Shown: positions 1-9,364, numbered from the stretch's first letter. The stretch: 15,808 bases of DNA from Octopus sinensis (GCF_006345805.1 NW_021826333.1:1-15808); one strand, 5' to 3'. The notes: generated by a model from the letters alone, not told the origin. Program-made: numbers and translations.

Positions 1-341
1 GGGTTCAGTCCCACTGCGTGGCATCTTGGGTAAGTGTCTTCTGATATAGCCCCGGGCCGACCAATGCCTTGTGAGTGGATTTGTAGACGGAAACTGAAAA
101 AGCCTTCGTATAATGTATATATATATATATATGTGTGTGTGTAGATGTTTGTGTGTCTGTGTTTGTCCCCCTAGCATTGCTGACAACCGATGCTGGTGTC
201 TCCGTCACTTAGCAGTTTCGCAAAAGAGACCGATAGAATAAGTACTAGGCTTACAAAGAATAAGTCCCGGGGTCGATTTGCTCGACTAAAGGCGGTGCTC
301 CAGCATGGCCGCAGTCAAATGACTGAAACAAGTAAAAGAGT
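1..341 (+). mobile_element. tRNA-derived SINE, family A; 5' end cut by window edge
   Basis: Collinear with the full copy at 2271-2668: B-box GGGTTCAGTCCC, internal (TA/TG)n, and 3' end CCAGCATGGCCGCAGTCAAATGACTGAAACAAGTAAAAGAG. Confidence 0.9.
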
Positions 342-368
342 ATGTCGATAAATAATATAAATAATACA

Positions 369-584
369 CTTTTACTTTTCAGTCATAAGACTGAGGCCAT
401 GCTGAGGCCATGCTGGAGCACCGCCTTTAGTCGAGCAAATCGACTCTAGGACTTATTCTTTGTAAGCCTAGTACTTATTCGATCGGTCTCCTTTTGCCGA
501 ACCGCTAGGCTATGGGGACGTAAGCACATCAGCATCGGTTGTTAAGCGATGTTGGGGGACAAACACAGACACACCAACATATAT

Positions 585-615
<31 letters not shown>

Positions 616-656
616 CCACACACCACACACACACATATATATATATATATACATAT

Positions 657-700
<44 letters not shown>

Positions 701-755
701 ATATATTATATATACATATATAATATACAGCAGGCTTCTTTCAGTTTCCTCTATC
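369..755 (-). mobile_element. SINE family A, inverted copy lacking the tRNA head
   Basis: Reverse complement of the family A tail and body. The internal microsatellite is expanded (~568-728), and there is an 11-bp tandem duplication CTGAGGCCATG at 391-412. Confidence 0.88.
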
Positions 756-839
756 TGACGTGAAACGTCAGCCACATGTACTCCTTTTAACTTTTGTTCC
801 TTTTGTTATTTTTAATTATCGATTTGACTATAGATATGT

Positions 840-1015
840 ATAGCTTAGTCTTTCCTTGGGGCTGGCCGGATCGCAGCGATCTCAAGATTAATCAGCCGAA
901 ATTGCGAGGATGATCCGGTTCTTGACTGAAGATTACAGGCTTCGAATGACCCGTCCGTTTTTTTTATGTTGTCTATTTGAATGTTTTGCGTTCTTGTCCC
1001 ATTTTGTATTTTTAT
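840..1015. repeat. Unclassified interspersed repeat beside a TA microsatellite (possibly Penelope-derived)
   Basis: TAGCTTAGTCTTTCCTTGGGGCTGGCCGGAT and TTGTCCCATTTTGTATTTTTATATA match, in reverse, parts of 11155-11220 and its duplicate near 11970-12030. Confidence 0.55.
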
Positions 1016-1318
1016 ATATAGTTTTTATACATACATATATACATACCTTTATATATTCATATACGTTTATATATATATGTATATGTATGTATATTATATG
1101 TGTATATATATATGTATTATATACATACGTTTATATATATATACATAAGTTTATATATATATATATAATATATATGGTACACACACCACACACACACACA
1201 CACATATATTATATATAATATATATTATATATATATATATATATAATATATATTATATATACGCACATTATATGTACATAAATGTATATATATATACGCA
1301 CATATATATACATAATAA
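1012..1318. repeat. Degenerate (AT)n/(AC)n microsatellite
   Basis: Read directly from the sequence. Confidence 0.9.
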
Positions 1319-1521
1319 ATTTATGTTCCAAGAAATTTCCTATAATTTCGATTCCTGAAGCTTATTGAATATTTGAACAATTTGTTCACAAATTTAAATA
1401 TTCATTGCATTCACTGCGGAGTAGATTTTAAGGGTTCAATTCGTTGCATGTGAAGTTTTCCGTTTTCATTTGCAGCAGTCTCTCACTCCATCCCACCTCT
1501 ATTTTCATTAATAATATTTAA

Positions 1522-1703
1522 GGAGTGGCTGTGTGGTAAGTAGCTTGTTTACCAACCACATGGTTCCGGGTTCAGTCCCATTGCGTGGCACCTTGGGTAA
1601 GTGTCTTCTACTATAGCCACGGGCCGACCAAAGCCTTGTGAGTGGATTTGGTAGACGGAAACTGAAAAGAAGCCCGTCGTATATATGTATATATACATAT
1701 ATG
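1522..1703 (+). mobile_element. SINE family A, 5' half (tRNA head up to the internal microsatellite)
   Basis: GGAGTGGCTGTGTGGTAAG (A-box-like), GGGTTCAGTCCC (B-box-like); matches 2271-2430 and ends in (TA)n. Confidence 0.9.
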
Positions 1704-2270
1704 CATTTGGAATGTTGTAAGGCTTACAATAAAGTGATCGCTGTTATTTCTAGCACGCTAAACGTTGTTCGGTTGCCTTACAGATATATTACAACTGCGA
1801 TAAATTTCTGAAAGAAATATTTACCAAGCAAGTGAGATTTTTTATAAATTGAAGTTTTCAGGAAAATTTACTTTCTGAACTTCCTTTTATTATTGAATAT
1901 TTCAAGTTCACAAATTTAAATATTCGGTACAAGTTTTTTATGATCTTTTATTTATACGAGTTTTTCACTTCATGTCATTTCATTCATTGTTTGCAATGTT
2001 CTCTCTCACCCTCACACACACACACACACTGCTTCTCTAACATAAGCACACACAAACTCCAGGTTTGATTCTGTTATTACACAAATATCACATTAGAATT
2101 TTGCAATTCAATATGGATCGTCCAAGATGTATGCGACTGGAAAAGCTTCTTTTTTTTGCACACTAAACGTAGTGGGACTACCTTGATGTTTGTTTGAAAA
2201 AGTGAGATTATAAATGTAACTATTATACAAAGAAATAATTAGACGTAAAATATGAAAATTATTAGGTGTA

Positions 2271-2668
2271 GGAGTGGCTGTGTGGTTAGTAGCTTGCTTA
2301 CCAACCACATGGTTCCGGGTTCAGTCCCACTGCGTGACACCTTGGGCAAGTGTCTTTTACTATAGCCTCAGGCCGACCAAAGCCTTGTGAGTGGATTTGG
2401 TTGACGGAAACTGAAAGAAGCCCGTTTATATATGTATATATGTATGTGTGGGTATATGTTTGTGTGTCTGTGTTTGTCCCCCCAACTTTGCTTGACAACT
2501 GATGCTGGTGTGTTTACGTCCCCGTAACTTAGCTGTTCGGCAAAATGTACCGATAGAATAAGTACTGGGCATACAAAGAATAAGCCCCGGGGTCGATTTG
2601 CTCGACTAAATGCGGTGCTCCAGCATGACCACAGCCAAACGACTGAAACAAGTAAAAGAGTAAAAGAG
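2271..2668 (+). mobile_element. SINE family A, full length (~400 bp)
   Basis: tRNA-like head with A/B boxes, conserved body, internal microsatellite, GTCGA-TTTGC-TCGAC hairpin (2592-2606) and repeated tail AGTAAAAGAGTAAAAGAG. Confidence 0.92.
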
Positions 2669-2832
2669 AATTTGGAATCAAGCGTCAAAATATTATCAAG
2701 TGGCCAGCAAGCAGAAAACTGCCCTGAGTGCGGTCTTTCTGCTAGTACGTATAAGCGAGAATAAGGATTCAAAGAATCAAACAGAGCTTATATTTGTATG
2801 AATGGGTGTACACGTTCGAATGGTGATATAAT

Positions 2833-2902
2833 TTATACACATATGTGTATAATTATACACATGATATGTGTATAATTTTTTATACACATGATATGTGTAT
2901 AA
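2833..2902. repeat. Three tandem palindromes, TTATACACAT(GAT)ATGTGTATAA
   Basis: Units at 2833-2852 (perfect 20-bp palindrome), 2853-2875 and 2880-2902. Confidence 0.9.
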
Positions 2903-2997
2903 TATGATTATGAAACAGATGTAAACTAATGGAATAAACATCGGTTTTCTTACTTCACTTATCTGACACAAATTGTTTGTTTGAAAAAGAGAGATTA

Positions 2998-3395
2998 TCT
3001 TTATATATAAAAGAGAAGCTGTGTGTCTGTCCACTACGATTTAGATTCCTAACTACTCCCACATTTTGCGGTGCAGTTTAACCAAAACCGGGTATCTTAT
3101 AGTCGTGATTCATATCGAGACCTTCTGGGTATTAGCGCGCGTCTACGCTGAGTCTATGATTTTAAAAAAAATTTACCATCATTTTTTTTCCATTTTAATG
3201 CATTTTTTCGCTATTATATAAGGGAAGTAACTCTCTAAAAATGTCTACGATGAGTCAACGATTTTTAAAAAATTTACCATCATTTTTTTTCCATTTTTAA
3301 TGGATTTTTTTGCTATTTTTTGGCTATAACTCTCTAAAAATGCTTATATAGTTATTTCCCTTACAAACCCGAGCAACGCCGGGCGATACTGCTAG
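2998..3395 (+). mobile_element. Non-autonomous Helitron (398 bp)
   Basis: 5' TC start (TCTTTATATATAAAA) after A2997; subterminal hairpin CCCGAGCAACGCCGGG at 3368-3383; 3' CTAG at 3392-3395 followed by T3396. The A/T target and absence of a TSD are canonical Helitron features. Confidence 0.85.
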
Positions 3396-3628
3396 TAAAT
3401 TATAAATCCATTTTCTTTAAAATTGCGAAATATGACAATAATATATGTGTACATATAAGGTTTCAAACATTGGTACAATACCAACAATTTAGAGAGGAGA
3501 GAACATTTACGTCGACCTCAGTACACGGCTGGTACTTAATAAACCAACTCCGAAATGACGATAGACAAATTAGCTTTTGCAATTTTGTCCGGTGCGATAC
3601 CGGTTCTGCTGGCTCGCCATTTTTATGA

Positions 3629-3778
3629 TTGTGTGCGTATGTGTGCGTGAATGTGTGTGCGCATGTGTGTGTATGCGCGTGTGTGTGTGCGTGTGTGTGT
3701 GTGTGTGCGTGTGCGTGTATGTGTATGTGCGTGCCTGTGTGTGTGTGTCTGTGTGTGTGTCTGTATGTGTGTGTGGTG
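3629..3778. repeat. (GT)n/(GC)-interrupted microsatellite
   Basis: Read directly from the sequence. Confidence 0.95.
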
Positions 3779-4116
3779 TAAAGAGAGACAGAGCGATAAC
3801 AAATCATCTTCAAGAACCTGTTGAAAAACAGCGAAAAAAAAATCGATAAATTATCTTTGCTATAATCTTTTTATCGTTTCTACTATCTTACATGTCTTCG
3901 TTGTCTATCCATATTCTCATTTATTTATCTATTACTTATAGTTCTCACATTGTAAATGTGTAAGGTACTTAGTTTCCTGTGAAAGTCACTTCAGTTTCAC
4001 ACTTGGTCATTTATCGACACCTCTCAATCGCTCTATGTTCTGTTACATATTTTATTATTAAAAATAGAACGTTCGTACATCAGACAAAATGTATAGAAGC
4101 GTGCCTTCAGAGTTTT

Positions 4117-4203
4117 TACGTTCTGAGTTCAAGCTCAACTGAGGTCGACTTGACATTTCATTCTTTCGGTAGTCGAGAAAATAGGTGCCAGTTCAATACT
4201 AGG
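4117..4203 (+). mobile_element. Old, diverged fragment of SINE family B
   Basis: TACGTTCTGAGTTCAAGCTCAACTGAGGTCGACTTGACATTTCATTCTTTCGGTAGTCGAG aligns to the family B body at 15398-15480. Confidence 0.7.
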
Positions 4204-4261
4204 GACGACGCCCTTCATAATTGCTCACCTAGAACCAGATTTAGAAAGAATTATTAAGAAT

Positions 4262-4603
4262 TCTGAGACCCCGCTTCGGTCACGACACAGCACATGGGAT
4301 TGCACCTAGAAAGTTACCCTCTCAGGCACAAGTCCGAGCAAGGTTGTTTATGGAAGACCAGCAGTCGCCCATGTATACCAGCCTCCCCTCTCCACGCCAC
4401 CAGTGTTATCCAAGGGAAAGGCAACGGCCGATACAGCTTGGCACCTGTGACGTCGCAGCTCATTTCTACAGATGAGTGAACTGGAGCAACGTGAAATAAA
4501 GTGTCTGGCTCAAGAACACAACACGTAGCTCGGTCCGGGATTCGAGCTCACAACATCACGATCGTAAGCTCGACGCTCTAACCACTGAGCCATGCGCCTT
4601 CAC
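4262..4603 (-). mobile_element. tRNA-headed SINE, D-type head and core with a distinct 3' part; 10-bp TSD
   Basis: Minus strand starts GTGAAGGCGCATGGCTCAGTGGTTAGAGCG (A box) and has GAGCTCGAATCCC (B-box-like). Flanked by the direct repeat TATTAAGAAT at 4252-4261 and 4604-4613. Confidence 0.88.
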
Positions 4604-4656
4604 TATTAAGAATACATAGTTAGTAAATCGGCTTTGCGTCATTTCTTCCAGGTCTT

Positions 4657-5015
4657 TACGTTCTGAATTTAAATTCCGTTGAGGCCGACTTCATTTTCTA
4701 TCTTTTCTGAATCGATAAAATAGCTCCCAGTTAGAACCTGGGGTCAATGTAACCTATTTCTTTACTACCTACAAGAGGCTAAACACAAAGGGGACAAACA
4801 AGGACAAACAAACGGATTAAGTCAATTACATCGACCCCAATGGTAACTGGTACTTAATTTATCGACCCCGAAAGGATGAAAGGCAAAGTCGACCTCGGCG
4901 GAATTTGAACTCAGAACGTAACGACAGACGAAATACGGCTACGCATTTCGCCCGACGTACTAGCGTTTCTGCCAGCTCGCCACCTTGAGGTCAATGTAAC
5001 CGACTTCTCTATTCC
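4657..5015 (+). mobile_element. Old SINE family B copy split by a younger insertion
   Basis: Diverged B body at 4657-4754 resumes at 4989-5010 (GGTCAATGTAACCGACTT, compare consensus GGTCGATGTAATCGACTT). Confidence 0.7.
4755..4985 (-). mobile_element. SINE family B, near full length, with 13-bp TSD
   Basis: Reverse complement of 15342-15565. TSD GGTCAATGTAACC at 4742-4754 and 4989-5001. Confidence 0.92.
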
Positions 5016-5296
5016 TCTATAATTTCTGAAAATTTGCAAAACATTTTTAAAGGCGACGAAGAGACAGAATCGCTAAGGGCGACGAATTAAGCCGAAAGCA
5101 CTGATCAGATATGAAGTTTTTACATCTTTTACTACAAGCAAGCATTTTTTTTTTTTGGACACGGTAACTGCAGTGAATACTCGGGCTGACATCATTCGAA
5201 AGCAATATAAGGAAGCGCATTGTGACCAGCGGTATGTAAGAACATCCGATTGTCTTGTCACTTCACTGATACAGTGAAGTGTGTATGTGTGTGTGC

Positions 5297-5600
5297 GCCA
5301 TCCAACCAAAATGCAAATATATGGGAAACTACCACCTGTGTCATCTCTTGTGAAAGGTAGGAGAGTCCAGTTTGCTGGACATTGTTGTAGAGCTGAAAAA
5401 GAGATAATTTCTACTTTTCTCCTCTGGAAGCCATCTACTCGCAGTACCAGAGGGCGCACACTCTCCTACCCTGATGTAATCTCCAGGGATACAGGCATCC
5501 AGCAACAGGACCTCCGTAATGCCATGATGGACCGTGAAGTCTGGGGTAGCATGGTAAATTCCATTGTCTCGACCACGGTCGAACAATGAGGATGATGATG
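5297..5600 (+). mobile_element. 5'-truncated RTE-like LINE 3' end (ORF C-terminus plus (GAT)n tail)
   Basis: Frame reads HPTKMQIYGKLPPVSSLVKGRRVQFAGHCCR...ISRDTG...AMMDREVW, resembling the post-RT C-terminus of RTE-clade elements. Stop at 5587-5589, then GAGGATGATGATG. (GT)n lies on both sides. Confidence 0.8.
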
Positions 5601-5602
5601 TG

Positions 5603-5651
<49 letters not shown>

Positions 5652-5668
5652 TGCGCATGTGTGTGTAT
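5600..5668. repeat. (GT)n microsatellite
   Basis: Read directly from the sequence. Confidence 0.95.
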
Positions 5669-5913
5669 GGGTGGATATTGGTATAAATACATATATATAT
5701 GCAAAACAAAAGGAATCGGCATGAATTACGAACAAGAACAATGGAAGATATAATAAATACCAGCCACAAAAAAGTTCTGATTAAGTTCAGGGGGAAACAA
5801 ATACCACGTGATAAACGCAACCCAGCTCAGAGTGAGATCGGAGATAATCTCTCAAGGAATCAACAATTCTCTCTGAAATAGATATATTCTCTGGAATATA
5901 TGTATTTATATGT

Positions 5914-5944
<31 letters not shown>

Positions 5945-5952
5945 TGCATATG

Positions 5953-8690
5953 TTAGTTAGTTAGTTTTAGTTAGTTAGTTAGTTAGTTAATTTGGCTCAA
6001 AAGCAAATAGCAAGGCCATGTAGTGGGACATGGAGTTAAGTACAGGGTGGTGTTCATGTAAAGAGTTCAGGCACTTGAGGTCAGGGAGGCTTTGAACAAA
6101 GCGGTCGTCGGCATCTCACCATCTCGTCTGGCAGCTTGTTCCACGGATCCGCAACCCGGACGGAGAAAGCTCCTCTCCTTCGATTGAGATGAAATCGTCG
6201 CAGGTAGAGCTTTTCGGAATGACCCCGCAGCCGACGCTCTGGAGGCAGGAGTGAAGAACAGCTCTTTCGAGAGGTTACACTTTCCGCTTATGATGTTGTG
6301 GCGAGAATGAGATCACCACGGCGGCGGCGTTTTTCAAGAGAATAAAGGTCGAGCGTCCTCAGCCTTTCTTCGTAGGACAAATTTTTGAGACCATGAACCA
6401 TGCGGGTAGCCAGCTTCTGGACTCTTTCGAGATGCTGTAGTCTTTGAGGAGATAAGGAGAAGAGGCTTGAATCCCATACTCCAATATGGGCTCACCACGT
6501 GACATAGAGTGGTAGGAATATGGCTGCTGTGAGCATTCCGAATGACCGCCGAATCAAGAACAGAATTCCGCGTGCTTTGTTGGCAGCATGGACGCACTGG
6601 GCCGAAGGCGAAAAGGAGGAATCCACCAAGATACCTAGGTCCTTTTACCTGATCGGTCCTCTCCAGCAGCAGACGACCCGGCTCGAAATCAAGTTGAGTT
6701 GCAGAGTAGAGCCGACAGGCAGATGACAGCACTTTGAACACGTTCAGACACAGGTCCCAATCGTTAACCACTTCCAAATTTGGTGGAGGCATCGACGAAG
6801 ATCCTCTATATTACGCGAGAGCGACCAGTTTGATATCGTCGGCAAATAGAAGGGTGTGTTTGCGTGAGGGTCGTCGGGCAAGTCATTTATGAAGACTAAG
6901 AACAACAAGGGCCAAGCACTGAACCTTGAGGCACGCCACTGCTCGCACTGGAGACGTCGGACCGCGAACCATTAACTTGGACTTGGAAGGAGCGATCTGA
7001 GAGAAGGCACCAACCCATCGTACAATATCCGATGGAAACTATATGCTTGAAGCTTGACAAGTAATAGCGGTGGTTTACCGAGTCAAAAGCTTTGGCAAAG
7101 TCCAGTAAAACGATGTCAACAGCATCACTATCATCGAGGATGCGCGTCACCAATTCTTCCATTACTAGTAAGTTGGTCAAGCATGATCTCTTCGGCACGA
7201 AGCCGTGTTGGGAATCAGAGATAGAGGCTGTGTTTAGGAGGTGGAGCATCATACTTTTTTCTAAGGATGGTTTCGAACATCTTGCTGATTATTGATGTAA
7301 GGGAAACCGGTCGGTAGTTAAGCGGGTCTTCGCGGCTCCCTTTCTTGAAAATTGGGCAGATTATCGCTGTTCTCTAGTCTGCAGGTATAACACCCGTCGC
7401 CAATGACATATTGAATAGTCGTGTTAAGGGCTCGCAGATGACCGGAGCCAACGCTTTGATAACCCGTGGTGTATGCCGTCAGGGCCGTGACCCTTGTTGA
7501 CATCGAGGCCTTGAATAACACGTTTTACTTCGTCCCGCGTGATGACCAATCGAAGCATTGGAGGTACCGATCTATCAAACGGAGGGGGTTCACGACCATC
7601 ATCTTGTTTGAAAATAGTTGAAAAAGCCTCGGCAAATAATTGACTCTGTTGATAAGGGTCCTCAATCGATACGCCTGCCTGTTGAGTCTACCAACGTTGC
7701 AATCTGGTTGTTCAAGCGGGAATTCCGCTGGACATGGGCAAAGAAGGTTTTGGATTGCTACTGGCATTTGCCGCGATTTTGTATTCATAACTGAAGCGTT
7801 CTTTCTTTTCAATTTTCACGGCTCGGTCTCGTTGAGTTTTGTACACCTCAAAAGCTGCAGTCGAATCCAATTTTTGAATTCAGCCCAACAATATCTCTGA
7901 GTCGACGTTCTCGTTTACCCTCTTCGTCACCCAGGGCTTGTGTTTCTTCCTCTTGGGAAGCCCAACGGGAACTGCCTGGTCAGTCAAACAGATTACATAT
8001 GCTTTGAGGGATGACCATAGTTCGTCACTGAGGACAACGTCATCAGGGATCGCCAGTCCAGAAGCGCAGAAGCCTCGGTTAGAATTTCAAGATTAATTGC
8101 AGAGAAGACTCTACGTGGCAGCGAAGTAGTCGTGGGCGTAGAAAAAGTTGTGTGCATGACGAACTTCAGGACCGCATGATCACTCTTGGCAAGAGGGGCG
8201 CGCACAGATACGTCTGACACTGATCTTGGATAGCGGGAGAATACCAGATCTAGCATAGATGGCTGCTGCCCAGACCGATGCCTTGTCGGATATTCAACAT
8301 GTTGCGATAGAAAACAATCTTCAGCCACATCAAGAAGGGCCTGGCCGAACCGGGAAGATGTTGTACAAATTCATGCGGGCCAATCGATCGTGGGAGCGTT
8401 GAAGTCTCCTAGTACCAAACAGTCATGCGAAGCTGAAATGAATCTTATCGCTTCGAGTAATGAGCATCGTCCTGGGGGTCGGCAAGAGGCGGCCTGTAGA
8501 CAGCCAACACGGGCAGGCAAAACTCATATAGGCTCAGCTTGCAATAGACGGCATCGAATTTGTTGTAGGCTGAGCATTAGTGGGTAGAATACCGCTGACG
8601 TTTGTGCTCAGACTTAACATACACAGCAACACCTCCACCTCGCCCTTTTTCCTCTGTCACATCTGAAAGGGACGTAGCCCTGCAGGTGGA
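5953..8690 (-). mobile_element. CR1-type LINE, 5'-truncated inside the endonuclease domain, with (TAAC)n tail
   Basis: Minus-strand peptides across frameshifts. APE motifs: GGGVAVYVK, VYRPP, LGDFN, LDLVF, SDH. RT motifs: PIFKKGSREDPLNYRPVSLTS, QHGFVPKRSCLTNLL, LDFAKAFDSV, GVPQGSVLGP, FADDIK. C-terminus: GHSEKL...FSVRVADPWNKLP. (TTAG)n at 5953-5989 is the tail. Confidence 0.93.
6054..8690 (-). pseudogene. Disrupted LINE ORF2 (APE endonuclease plus reverse transcriptase)
   Basis: ORF-track pieces 7993-8328, 7525-7812, 7318-7521 and 6896-7252 join into one ORF2 through many 1-bp frameshifts. One in-frame TAG at 7374-7376 (D*RT for expected DWRT); inferred natural stop at 6054-6056. Confidence 0.88.
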
Positions 8691-9023
8691 TTATATATAT
8701 ATATATATATTATATATATATATTATATATATATATATATATATACTCTAATATAATAACATTATATATATTATATATATATACATATATATATATAATT
8801 ATATATATATATATTATTATATATATATATATTATATATATATATAATTCATATATATATAATATAAATATATATATATATATATATTACACATATATAA
8901 TTATTATATATATAATATATATATATATATACATACATTATATTATATATATATATATAGATATTGTATATAATAGTTATATATATAGATATATTATATA
9001 TATAATAGGAATATATAGGTATG

Positions 9024-9057
<34 letters not shown>

Positions 9058-9122
9058 TATAATATATATATATACTATATAACATATAAGATACCATATA
9101 TATATATAGTATATATATATAT

Positions 9123-9170
<48 letters not shown>

Positions 9171-9172
9171 AT
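8691..9172. repeat. Long degenerate (AT)n microsatellite
   Basis: Read directly; abuts the truncated 5' end of the LINE. Confidence 0.95.
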
Positions 9173-9355
9173 AATATACTAAGTAATTAAGGGTTTAGCA
9201 CCGATTTGCCTCACCACACACCGAATTTAGAAATAGCAGTCAAAGAGTTATGGCTATTCTTTCTACTTAAAGGAGATCCCAGTAAACCACAAGCACTTAA
9301 AAGGCAAACAACGCAGGCAAAGAGAAAGAAATGACGACAAATCATTCTATATTAA

Positions 9356-9364
9356 GTATATATA

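Noticed and set aside
755-771. Small hairpin CTGACGT-GAA-ACGTCAG at the truncation point of the inverted SINE A
   Set aside because: A single 7-bp stem is not distinguishable from chance.
2271-2345. tRNA-like sequences at SINE heads (also 1522, 4530-4603, 13520-13591)
   Set aside because: They have A/B boxes but no complete cloverleaf and continue into SINE bodies, so they are not tRNA genes.
2368-2772. 134-aa minus-strand ORF with AERPHSGQFSAC, vaguely like a C2H2 zinc-finger linker
   Set aside because: There is no C-x2-C...H-x3-H pattern, and most of the ORF is antisense SINE A.
2833-3341. Short direct repeats (palindrome array, 102-bp Helitron units) considered as a CRISPR-like array
   Set aside because: There are no unique spacers or cas genes, and the context is a eukaryotic repeat landscape.
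3510-3570. Possible very old SINE B fragment (GTCGACCTCAGTACACGGCTGGTACTTAAT); similar faint family A traces at 9679-9725 and 9771-9800
   Set aside because: Too short and diverged to annotate confidently without an alignment tool.
6334-6792. 152-aa minus ORF and the plus-strand ORFs overlapping the LINE
   Set aside because: They are off-frame or antisense readings of the frameshifted LINE ORF2, not separate genes.
9192-9225. Minus-strand GTGGTGAGGC...GCTAAACC resembling a hammerhead core
   Set aside because: Several invariant core bases differ and no stem I or III can be built.
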